Positions 26,369 through 37,756 of a DNA stretch of 64,000 nt are shown piece by piece. Positions within the stretch are counted from its first letter, which is position 1; every line of letters begins with the position of its first letter. Position numbers and translations under genes: made by a program. The notes beneath the pieces were generated by a model, which did no database searches, was not told the origin of the DNA, and saw only the letters and a program-made list of their open reading frames with translations. Source of the stretch: Podarcis pityusensis (Eukaryota). Where the stretch lies: the NCBI GenBank assembly GCA_964106645.2, contig OZ067051.1. One strand, 5' to 3'.

Positions 26369-26527
26369 CAACTCTACCAGGTTCCCAATGGATTGTCTGC
26401 AGGGAACTTATCACACGGTGTGGTGTATGGTGTGGTGCGTAGATCTGATGATAATCATAACAAAGAAATGGTGGTTTATGGATGGTCAACTCAACAGCTG
26501 AAAGAAGAAATGAAATATATAAGAGAT
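26369..26527 (+). CDS. MYZAP: MYZAP exon 3
   Basis: atag|QLYQVPNGLSAGNLSHGVVYGVVRRSDDNHNKEMVVYGWSTQQLKEEMKYIRD|GTGAGT. Confidence 0.95.
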
Positions 26528-26609
26528 GTGAGTTGAATTTTCTGTACAGGATGCTGTTCATTAAAAATAAAAATAGGATTCTGCTGTATTGGATTTAGTT
26601 GGTTATCAC

Positions 26610-26755
26610 TAGTGCTTTTTTCTAAAAAAATGTTTAGGGGTACTCTCATTTTCCTACTTATATTGAAATACTGCCCCTCAATGAGACCAAACTTAGATTC
26701 ACAAAATGTTTAGGGGTATGCATCTCCCCTGCATCCCCCCAGGAAAAAAGCACTG
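26610..26755. mobile_element. hAT MITE in MYZAP intron 3
   Basis: TIRs tagtgctttttt / aaaaaagcactg; TSD gttatcac/gctatcac. Confidence 0.85.
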
Positions 26756-26865
26756 GCTATCACTATAAATAGATCAATATGTTTGGGCTGTGGAAATGAT
26801 AATCTACACAGAATTGGAAGCAAGATTCAATATTTTGATTTATATATTTTATTTTATTTTCTTAG

Positions 26866-26958
26866 GTAAGATTAACATTGGAAAAAGTAAGAAAGAAAAT
26901 GTATGGCGAATATGATGAAATGAAACGCAAAATCCAAGAGCTTACAAATGAACTGGCA
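26866..26958 (+). CDS. MYZAP: MYZAP exon 4
   Basis: ttag|VRLTLEKVRKKMYGEYDEMKRKIQELTNELA|GTAAGT, 93 nt. Confidence 0.96.
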
Positions 26959-28327
26959 GTAAGTACTCATGTACTTTAAAGATGGCAAAAGTGATAAGCT
27001 TAATAATTACTGAATTCTCAGTACGTTGATACTGTTTAGGGTGGAATGAATAAGAGTATTTTATTCCCATCAAAATTGGATACAACATTGGTCTGATGCT
27101 CAAAGATGGTTACGTTTATAAAACATGAATAAGTCAGAAGCAAGGACTACTTCCACAACCAGTGTGTCTCTGCCTAATGTAGCTACTGTTCCTTCACTCT
27201 TTTTAGCTTAGCGTGGAAATACAGGCTATAGGGTGCTTTCATGCTTCCATTTTCTTTGTCCTCCCTGGTTAATCCACCCTTTAAAATCTGTCTGTGTTTC
27301 TCTGGTTCTCTGTCCTGCATATGTCTCCAAAGTACACCCTGCTGGCCTAGCTGCCACTAGTTAGTAAGCTTTTTGTGGAATAATTCACATATTTATGGAG
27401 GAGTGCCTCCAGTCCATGCACATTTCATCTAGACATGGCTCTCATTGGATGTAGGCAAGTCTAGATCTTTCATCTTACTTGGCATTGTTTGTATTACTGT
27501 GGGGTTTTCTGGTAGTGTGTTTTTGTGATCAAAATTACGCATGCTGGTCAGTGTGCTGTATCCCTCTCTCAGATTTTGCTGCTGTATGCAATATCCTCCC
27601 TTCTGTTTCAGTGATGCAGATCTCTACATTCACTCTTGTCTTGGATTTGTCGTTTTTTCCCTTCAAAGCATTAAGCACAGGCCACCAGGATTCCTTATAT
27701 AGTCTCTCTCTATACATTTATGCTAGTATATATCTGGCTGCAATGTCAGTATAGTGCCATTTTGTATTTTGCCCTGAAGATATTCTGGGTCAGGTGCTTA
27801 ATGCACCTTGTGATCAATATTTTAACATCTGTAAATTGTGGGGCATTTTTACAGGAATATTATAAAAATAGATATTTGGGCCACAATACAGAGAGCAGTA
27901 TTAAGTGCAAATATTGTTTGAATGTGACCTCTAGGACAGCCACACACTAATGAATTATTACACATCATTTCTGAAGCTTTCAAGTTTCCAGTGTCTTTTG
28001 CCATACAACATGGGATACTGCTCTGCAGGAACCACGAAGTCAAAGATGATTCATGCCTTTGGCGCTTCTTTTGAGGAAGGTGCATTGGGACAGCTTTAGT
28101 GGACTCTTAACGGCAGCCAGGACATATTTCATTGCCAAGCACAGAACACAACTTTACTTGCCCTTGCAAAAGTGTGAACTGTGACAAGTAATGATGGAGC
28201 ACATGTATTTCCATAGATGCCTGTAAAACACATTGTATAAACAGGTAACCTTAATACAAAACAACTGGTAAGCTTGCAGTTCCTGCTATCTTAAGTTAAG
28301 GGGAAAATCTTGCTTATATTTCTCCAG

Positions 28328-28441
28328 GTATCAAGTGCTCAACAAGAATCATTGGACAATCACATAGAAGTGCACTCTGCAGCTCTGAATAGCTTCAGTG
28401 AAATGAATAACTCGTTGACCTCAGCCTCAATTGAGTTGCAG
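28328..28441 (+). CDS. MYZAP: MYZAP exon 5
   Basis: ccag|VSSAQQESLDNHIEVHSAALNSFSEMNNSLTSASIELQ|GTAAAT, 114 nt. Confidence 0.95.
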
Positions 28442-30903
28442 GTAAATTGCTGATAGTATGGTCACCATAGATACATGATTATGTTGGCAAACATCACTGC
28501 TCTTGCGTCAGTTGTATAAAGCATCGGTAGGCCAAAATGACAATTAGTTAAACATTTAGAGCTAGGACTCTGTTCGTTTAAATATCCAGTGGTAGAAAAG
28601 CATTGTGAATTAAAGCACATAACTTACATTTTAGAGTTAAGTGCTTACGTCATTTTCTGCAAGATAAATTAATATAAAATGCAGTGGGCCCACAACTTAA
28701 GTTTGCTTTACTTATGCTACTGCAACCTTATGTGTGGGTGTGAGGGTGGGGGATAAATAAATAAATGAAGAGCAGGGGAAACTCGATGTTCGCTGCTATC
28801 CATTTATTTATTTCTCCACCCACTTGCACACCCAATGGCTTTTCCTTGCTTACAGGGATCTGAGAAGCTTGCAGGAGGGTCCTGGGAAGCTGTCAAAGCC
28901 CATGTGCCTCCTTCCTAGAGCCTGATGAGCAGCTTTCCACCTCATTTATCAGGCTTTGGTAAGGAGGCGTGAGGGCTTTGGGAACCTCCCTCGCACCTCT
29001 GAGCCTGGGCTGTTTGAGGACTTTGGGAGTGTCCCAGAGTGCTCTGGAAGCTTTTCCAGAGCCCAGTAAGCAGTCCTCTGCCTCCCAGGGAGGCAGTTTA
29101 AGGGGTTCCTGACTTTGTACAATATTGCCTTTGCATGTTGACCCCGGGAGCTTAACCCTCGTGTAAGTGGTGAGCCCACTGTATTAAAGTATTGTGTTGT
29201 AATGTATTGTATTGTGTTGTAATGTGTTGTGTTTTGGTCTTAAAGCCAGCATTTCATGCTTGGTAGTCTGTTATTTCACAGTAATCTATAATGCTTCTTG
29301 GTTTATTTTTGGATGGATTTGCACCAGAAGATTCTCCTCTCCTCATCACCATTCCCTATTCACTAGTAATCCTAGGGCAGGGGTGGAGAAAGTTTATTGG
29401 ATTCCCCCACTTTCTGTGGGCAAAGTTTGACAAGTGGATAGGGACCACATACCTTTCAATCTCCTGATATCAAAATGACATCAGAGAACCCTTTTTGTTG
29501 AGAGGGTTTGAAACCAAACCATGTGGGCAAATGCACAGCATTCAAAGCCCCTATCAAAGCACTCTGCAAGTCTTGAGGAGTGCTTTGTAAGGAGTGTTCC
29601 AAACTGGTGGGTAGGGCTAGGGGATTTATCAATACATCACACAAAACCAGTTTGAAGTCTTTATTGTGGTAACAATTTTGGAATTTCTGACCCAGCAAAA
29701 AATTGTGAATGCCAGCACCATGCGTTTCGCTCCTGGGCGTCACCAGTGTTTTGCTGAAGGTCCCTCCCAAGATGCTTGAGTGGGTCTGGGGGTGGCAGCT
29801 GTGCCTGCGCCCACCTCTTGCGTGTGCTCACTCACTCACTCACCTGCCTGCCCGCAGTGGCAAGAGCACATGGAAAGCAGCAGTGGCTTCTCTTCCTTGC
29901 TTCTGAAGCTGTGTGCTTGGTACGTGCTGGCGGCTGTGATTGCTGTGATTGCTGCACCTTAGCACTAAGGCAGAATGGAGCCGCCTCTGGCTCCTTGCAT
30001 GGCACAAGCCAATGCTCTGGAGGGTGACTCCCAGTAGCTGCCGCTTGTCCGGCAGCAGGCAACCATCAATATGAGCCAGAGCTGGCGGCAGGTCCGGACC
30101 AGCTTTGGGAAGAGGCTGTGCCGCCAATGGCCTCGGTTTCAGGGAGGCTGGTGCCCCAGGAGGCCAGCAGTGCCCTGTGGCTACTCGACATGTATGGCAC
30201 CTTGCAGCACCCTGACAGTTACACTCTGCCTGCCTAACCTTGCCATGAAGTGGCAGAACCTGTGAACAGTGTCACTGATCACCTGTGTGGCTGCCTACGA
30301 AGGGCTGCCTACTGAGTTAGTTCAAACCGCTTTGAAGTTCACATCCAGGAATTAACGCTGGCTGCTTGCTTTTCCCTTCCCTGCCTTATCTCCTCATTCT
30401 TCCTTCTTTCTAGACATCATGATATATCACTACATCATGATGTTTAGCTGGCGATATCTTATGAGGTTGAAAACCAGATATCACCCAGCCCTGCTGGTGT
30501 ATGGTGCTTGCAAACACCTTTAGGCTGAGCCAGGGCTTCACTTGCTTCAAACCTGACGTCATATATGACATCAAACCTAGGTCAGAGGGGTATGGCTTGG
30601 CCAAAATGGTTTTGCTGGCCAAGTGGAGAGGCTGAAGGTTCTCCACCCATGCTCTCAGAAATCTTACATAGAACTGGGTCCTACAAATAATCTGTTGTAT
30701 TTGTGGGTCTCTTGTACAGCACAAACTTGGTAAGGCTGATCTTAAAGTTTGTTCAATAGGTCTGGTCCTTGCATCCCTCTCAAAGGAGTAACGGGGGGTG
30801 GGGAGGAAATGCTGGGAGAAAAAAACAGGAAGCTTTTTTTTCAAGTTTCCCCAGTTTTTCAAGCAACTGAATTAATTTTGTATTTTTAAAAATATTTTCA
30901 CAG

Positions 30904-31056
30904 AAAACTTTAGTTGATGTTACTTTGGAGAATACAGTTATACGAGACCAAATAAAAAATCTGAAACAAACACATGAACAGTCTATGGAAAAACTGAAGG
31001 AAAAGCAGAAACAGCTGGAAACTGCCAGAGTTGAAAACGAGCTGCTCAAACTCAAG
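30904..31056 (+). CDS. MYZAP: MYZAP exon 6
   Basis: acag|KTLVDVTLENTVIRDQIKNLKQTHEQSMEKLKEKQKQLETARVENELLKLK|GTAAGC, 153 nt. Confidence 0.96.
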
Positions 31057-31859
31057 GTAAGCTGAGGCAATACAGTGCATGGGTGGTGGAGGATCCTACT
31101 GCTGATGACGCCTGGAAAAGGAAATTGCAGTGCCTCACAGCATGAGGAACGTGATAATCTTTTCAAAACAGTGACTGGTTGGAAAGGCAGTATCTGTGGA
31201 ATGTTATATCATTACTCATTTATTGACACAGAATTCAGGATGTGTTTACCTCAAAACTTGTCCATTCTCCTGCCCCTTGTTTTTGTTGGTAGTGTTCATG
31301 AATTTTAGTTGCAACTCTGTTTTCTATTATGATGGGGAACAGTTGTGTAGGCTGCGAAAGCGGAGAGTGAAAGCCTAGTATATATAGTCTTGGTATTTGT
31401 AAGCTGGTCTGGGAGCCTTTTTTCTGCCGAAAAGTAAGATAAAATGTAATATATATATGGTGCCAGTCCCATTGAAGTGACCAGGAGCTGTGTTCCTGCA
31501 TAGGTCCCTTTAATTTGAAAGAGGCCTGTGCCAGGCAACTCTCTGGTGGTTTCAGGATTGTGTCCCAGGTTGGATCATAGAATCATAGATTTGGAAGGGA
31601 CCCTGAGCGTCATCTAGTCCAATCTCCTGCAGTGCAGGATCTCAAGTAAAGCATCCATGATGGATGGCCAACCAACCTCAGTTGAAAGGCTGAGGGGTGG
31701 AGGGGGTTTGGATTTTCAGCTTCAGGCATAATATGTCTTAGGACAACTTCTTGAGCTTCTGCTTTATGGCATCTGATTTTCTTCTGCCAATATATTCCTT
31801 TCGCTTTCTGTCTTACATGTTTCATTTGGCTGTGAGAAATGTCCTCATTTTTTTAATAG

Positions 31860-31985
31860 GTAGAATGTTCACAGGAAGCAAATGCAGAAGTAATGAGAGA
31901 GATGACCAGAAAACTATACAGTCAATATGAAGAGAAGTTACGAGAAGAAGAACAAAAACATAAACTTGAGAAAGAAACTCTAATA
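31860..31985 (+). CDS. MYZAP: MYZAP exon 7
   Basis: atag|VECSQEANAEVMREMTRKLYSQYEEKLREEEQKHKLEKETLI|GTACGT, 126 nt, weak donor. Confidence 0.94.
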
Positions 31986-32040
31986 GTACGTGGGAAGCTT
32001 TTTCCTGTGTTGTGTATTATTGTGGTGGTGGGAGAGTCTT

Positions 32041-32318
32041 TTTTTTTTTTTTTGCAAGTAAGTTTTTATTCAGAATTTGTACAGGAAAAAAGAAAAAAGA
32101 ACTAACAAATACAAAAATAAACATTTTAACATAAATTATTCATCCTATTTTCATACTATACAAAAAGAAAGCATACAATCATACAAAAAATAATAATATA
32201 AACATTAGGCTCTCCTTAGCCTTTGACTTCCCTTCACCCTTTTGGTAAGTATCAAATAAATCCCAGGTTGCGTAATTAGTTTATTAAAGTTTATAATTAT
32301 TAGCTGATAAAGCTAATA
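32041..32318 (-). mobile_element. L1 3' end, antisense, in MYZAP intron 7
   Basis: Poly-T on the + strand and an 18-bp TSD TGGTGGTGGGAGAGTCTT (32023-32040, 32319-32336). Confidence 0.85.
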
Positions 32319-33775
32319 TGGTGGTGGGAGAGTCTTACGCTAAACAGAACATGGAAACCCCAGGTTGTGAGTTTCAGCAGGCCTTTTGCTGCATAGCTGT
32401 GCCTAGTCCATCCACTTGTAAAGAGGAAATGGTTTTGATGGGTTGCTGCAAGGCTAAGTGATGGACACATGCTTTTTTATAGTTTTTGTTTTGTTTTGAT
32501 TTCAACTGAACATGTACATGATATGTACAGACTAGTTTACCAACTAGTGTAGTAGCAGGAAGCCAAGTCATCTTCCAGTGTACACTGTGGTGTGAGGATG
32601 TATTGTAAAATCAATAAAAAGGAAAAAAATAAACCTAAATATTTCAGAGGAAGAAAATTGAAATGCCTTTAGTCTTGTGCACATTTACTTGGAATTTAAT
32701 CCCATTTAACGCAGCAGAACTTGTGTCCAAATAGGGATGGAAGGATTTGTTAATATTGGTTCTCTCAGTTTCTCATTTTTTCAATCTTAAAATCAATTCT
32801 CAACATTTTTGCAGCAGTTTGCCATTAAAAAGCCCACATGAAATTGTTTCAGATTTTAGTGTGAATTTCTCCTAATAAACATATTTTTGTATGTAGTTTG
32901 ACTAATGTACATATTTTTGCAAGCAGTTTCTCCTAATATAATGAATATTTCACTACTATATTCATTTTTATGCACACTTTCCACTGTCTTATTGTAAATT
33001 CTGGTTATTTGGAGAACTATATCACAAAATTTGGATGTGCAAATTTTGAAGGATGTCTGCATTTTGGTTTTCATATTGTCTGGGAACATGCAAATTTGAT
33101 AGATTTGGCTTTAAATGTGTGAACTGATTTTAATTTCTCCTTCATCTCTACTTCCATATAAACAAGTACAAGATTGGGTTATAATAGGTTGCTTTTAAGA
33201 TAATTTGTTTGACTTTGCTAAGAAAAAGTAAGTTAATAATGTTATTTCCAAAGTGCTTACTGTCATTAATCTTTCAATGCCTGTAGTTCTAGGGTCAGAA
33301 GGAGCAAAGTGGGTGTGTTTGTTGTAGCTATAGCTTTTCACATAGTTGGATTTTCTGGGAATCATGGGGGACTATGTGACTGCAAAATGAACTCTGGTAG
33401 CTGATGCTTACTGCCCTTCAGGGGGAGAGTTGTAGACCAGTGAAGGTGCTCCTGCTTTGCATGCAGAAGGCTCCCAGGATCAATCCCTGGCATCTTTAGG
33501 TAGGGCTGGGCAAGACTCTTGCTGGAAACCCTGGAGAACTACTGCCAGAATAGGCAGTGCTGAACTATGTGAACCAATGGTCTGAGTCAGGATAGAGCAG
33601 CTTCCTGTGCTCCAAGCTTTCTCCAGGGTCTGGGAGAGAAGATTTTCAGAGTGGGGATGAGGCTGACAAGAGAATTGGAAGCAGAGATATATTCCTGATA
33701 GAACATTGCTTTAGGACATTACCCTGCTTATACAGTGTATTGCTGATCCTGCCTATTTTAACCTTTTCTTCACAG

Positions 33776-33904
33776 TCTGAAACAAATAGACTACTTACAG
33801 CCATTGAAGATGCAAATAAGAAGATGAGACTTACTGAGATGAGTTTACAAGAAAAAGACCAAAGAATTGGCGAGCTGGATCAGTTTATTTTGCGCATGGA
33901 AGAT
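33776..33904 (+). CDS. MYZAP: MYZAP exon 8
   Basis: acag|SETNRLLTAIEDANKKMRLTEMSLQEKDQRIGELDQFILRMED|GTAAGT, 129 nt. Confidence 0.96.
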
Positions 33905-35469
33905 GTAAGTGTGTACACTAAAATTCCTCAATACAGTAAATTGTCTGTGTGCTTGCTTCATCCATTTTACAAAAATACAAAGATTGTTTAAGTTTCCTCA
34001 GTTGTTGTGGTACAGAGAGTATTTCGTATATAAAATAGCAATTAGGGACATTTGTTTTTACACTTATTCTCCATTTCTATGTGCACAGATAATTTTTTAA
34101 AAAATAAATAAATATAGTTATATATACCACTATTTGCTTAAATGTTATCCAAAGCAACTTGCAGCACATTAATACCACCCCTGATGCTAAGGCCCTTTGC
34201 TCCTTTGGCCATAGTGTCAACTTTCTTCTTCCAATGGCTGTCAGGGCAATTGACACAGTTCTGTTGTGGCAGAGAGCGGAAGAAGCAGGCTTCCTACATC
34301 TACTCATTCCCTGGCCTTTGTCTGTGTCTAGACCAGACTTCCTCTTTCTATGGCAATTTTCTTAAGAGAGCAAGGGGGAGGCATAGCTTTCCAGTGGCCC
34401 ATAGTCCTCCGAGTCAGTGGCAGAGGGTAGAGTAGGGGGAGGAAAGTTCTGTAGCCCTCCAGATGCTGTTGGACTCTGAGCTCCCATCAGCTGCAGTGAG
34501 CCTGCATGGCTAATGGTGAGAAATTAAAGAAGCTGGAGTCCAAGAACCTCTGCAGAGCCATAGGTTGCCCATCACAGGGGTTAGGGTGCCCTTCCTTTTA
34601 CTTCTGCAGCCACAGGGCAACTGGCTCAATATTGAGTTTGTTTGTTGAAAATCACAGCCAAGCATCAAATATGTTTTTACAAGTGACTGCAGCAAGCCTG
34701 CTGCCCACATACCTCTTGTGACATTCATAGTACTGCTGTTGAACAAGTTGTGGCAGATTTCCTCTTGCTTCCTTGTGTCTCCTGCCCTGCCCTTTTCTTT
34801 TCATGGACTTTGCCCCGGGTGAATGTCATGCTAGTTTTGAGATGATGGCTATATCTCAATGTGATTTAACAAGATTTTATTTTGAATTTAATGTAAGCTA
34901 GAAAATCTATGAAGTAGACCTATCTTCTCACACATCTAAACATTTTATTTTAGTGATCCAATGCCAAACCTGTTTACTTTATACGACTTGCACATTCCCA
35001 TATGTGACCATATTTTTGAAAGTTTAGTTTAATTTATTGACTCAGACACACACCTTTTTGTACATACTTATAATAGATAAGATAAAGCGTTCATGCATGC
35101 TGCTAAGCCAAACTATGTCTTAGAATGAATGACAAAAGGTGTGGCCACGCAGAGACAGGATTGCAACCACTTTGTTACTCCCCAGTTGTTTTGGTGGTGC
35201 ACTAAGTTGTGGTCTGCCGTAATGTATTGCTTGAACCCAAGCTTGTGGTTTAGCTTTCCAGGCAAACCGTGATTAGTAAACCATAGGAAAGCCTTGGTTA
35301 CAACTCCTGGTTGGCTAGAGCTGTCTCAATCATGAGCTCAGTTTTGGAGGACATGCTCAATCAAGCCACGTCATAGCACCACAACATAACTGGGAAGGAG
35401 CAAAGCAGCTGCAATTTCCTTTCCAGGAGCCCACACATTTGCTTGTTCATTCTAAACCATGGTTCTAGA

Positions 35470-35635
35470 TTCAGGTAGGTAGCCGTGTTGGTCTGACACA
35501 CTCAAAATATATAAAAAAATTGTCCAGTAGCACCTTAGAGACCAAGTAAGTTTGTTCTCGGTATGAGCTTTCGTGTGCATGCACACTTCATCAGATACAC
35601 TGAAACAGAAGTCACCAGACCCTTACATATAGTGC
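35470..35635 (-). mobile_element. Penelope-like terminal repeat fragment
   Basis: gtagccgtgttggtctg...tccagtagcaccttagagacc...gagctttcgtgtgcatgcacacttcatcagatac, recognised as a squamate Penelope-type repeat. It is embedded in an aaaccatggtt-rich MITE (~35090-35705). Confidence 0.7.
35561..35598 (-). ncRNA. Minimal type I hammerhead ribozyme motif
   Basis: Minus strand: GUAU-CUGAUGA-A-GUGUGCAUGCACAC-GAAA-GC-UC/AUAC. Core boxes intact; stem I GUAU/AUAC; palindromic stem II; AGCU stem III. Confidence 0.7.
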
Positions 35636-36289
35636 GGTGGGGCTTGGTTTGAGCTAGCATTTGGTTTGAGTTACCATGGTTTGAGTTAGCATTATGTGCA
35701 AACCAGGCCAATATCAAAATGAACAAATTGCCGCAAGCTAATATCTTTCAAGGAGGCAACAATTCTAAAAAAAACTCTCTAGAAAGTACACTTTTCACTG
35801 CCTGTCTAAAAGCAGGCAGTGATGGGGGAGGGCACGCCTCTCTAAGGAGATAATTGCACAGTTCAGAGTCCATAATGGAAAAGTCCCTTTCCTTTGTGGT
35901 CAGCTGCTGCATCTCTGATGGTGGAGGAAGATGAAGAAGGTCCTCGTGGTCAGTGCAATTCATCCATTTTCATCGATGTATTGTACAATTCACTCCAAGC
36001 TGGGGGGGTTATAGCCTGAAGTTGTTGCTGAGGATCACATTCTGAAACACGACTTCTTTGCTGTTGGAAGACTAGTTTACAATTCCAATTAGATGCGGGG
36101 GTGTGTGTGTGGAACTCATCAAGCAAAGGATTTAATTAATATTGGAACACCACAGTGGCAATTAATATGAGCATAGGAATTTTCTTCCGTAGAAGAGAAG
36201 ATTAGTGTTCACATAGCTGAGAGGGGGAAACACCCACCTTATGCTGGTAACATATGCCTATATACCTGATCCATTAATGTGCATTGGCA

Positions 36290-36850
36290 GTGTGCAGTTT
36301 TTGAAAATTATGACATAATAACAACTCAAAGAGAGAATGAAGAAGACTTTTACCCTTGCCAGATTCAATGTCCTTCCATCTGCATTACTGCAGGGCATAT
36401 TTGAAGGCAAACCATATTCAGAGCAAATATGCCTATATGGTTTGAAGGAAGTCAAAACTGCTACTCATGCCCTACTACATTGTCATTATTACAAAGCTAT
36501 ACTGTACGTTCTATGTTTATGACTCCAGTCATGCAGCAAACCGCAAGCAGAACTGATGATTGCTACTTAAAATACTTAATAGAGGATAGGGAACCAGAGA
36601 TTACCTTAAAAGTGGCTAAATTTTGTGCTGCTGCTATAAAATTAAGGGGATAAGCTTTGAATGAATCTAACAGCCAGTGTCTTAATATGTTTTAAATTAG
36701 TGGTTAAGGTTTTAACTTAAATATTGTAGCTGTTTTGTATCTGAATTATTTATCGTGTATCAGCTCATAAAACTTAATTTTAATCTATTATTATCTGTAT
36801 GCTCTCTGTTGTTGTATATGTTTGCACTCTGGTCAGACCGAAATACATCA
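36290..36850 (+). mobile_element. Non-LTR retrotransposon ORF2 3' fragment
   Basis: FTLARFNVLPSALLQG...EQIC...HALLHC...VAKFCAAAIKLR, a degenerate C-terminal zinc knuckle, frameshifted. Clade not resolved. Confidence 0.7.
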
Positions 36851-37670
36851 GTTCATTCAAAGATCTCAAAGGCTCTCTAAGTGTACGGATACCTTTTCCT
36901 CCTGGACTCTATTTTGGTTCCATTTCTAATTTGGCCCTGATGTGAGGATAAGGTGGCAGTGCCGGGAGGCGTTTATGTAAGGGATTATTCAAAAATTATA
37001 TCCCCCACTTGTAGTCTGGAATCCACTCTTATCACCTCATTCTGATGCATATGTAGACCAGGTCTCATTCTTCAATATGAATTTTGAGGCTAAGCAACTA
37101 CCTGTATCCAGGTACAGTGTTTAGTGCAGAGGGAAAGAAGGCATGAATGACTGGGCAACCCAAGTAGGAGGTAGAAGTAACAGTGTCGAAACTAGAACAA
37201 CCTTTTCTGGTGGTTTTCATCAGTTTGGAAGGGCTGGATGAAAAATAGCCATTCATAAAGGTGTCCTGTTCTGTGAGAATTTGGGGCTGTTGGGGGAAGC
37301 TTGATGGTGTCCTTTCAAAAGGCCATGACAGGAGTCTAGGATCGTGGAGAACTCCCAGGGTCTTGCTATGGTAGTTCTACTAGCTGTTGTCTCTACCAGC
37401 CCTTAGCACCAACTGAAGCCTTATCTGTCTTGTCTCTACTGTGCTGCTGAAAGCCCCACCTCCCCTGTGCCAACCATTTACAGCTTTAAAGGTAAAGCAC
37501 GAGCACTAAGAACTGGGCTCAGGAGTCAATGGACCTTGTTTTTTTTTAGTCTACGTGTTTGGATCTCTATGAGCAGTGTGTACATTCCAATGAAAAGTGT
37601 TTTGTATACTGTAGTTGATTTCTTACATGTTAAAAGACAGAAATATATAAAAATGTATTTTCCCACATAG

Positions 37671-37756
37671 GAACGCCATCAACTGCAAAAGCAACTCATA
37701 GAATATGAAATACAACTTAACGGAGCAAACCTTCACAGTCAGTCAGGCAGACAAAG
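37671..37756 (+). CDS. MYZAP: MYZAP exon 9
   Basis: atag|ERHQLQKQLIEYEIQLNGANLHSQSGRQ+AG|GTGAGG, phase 2. Confidence 0.93.
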
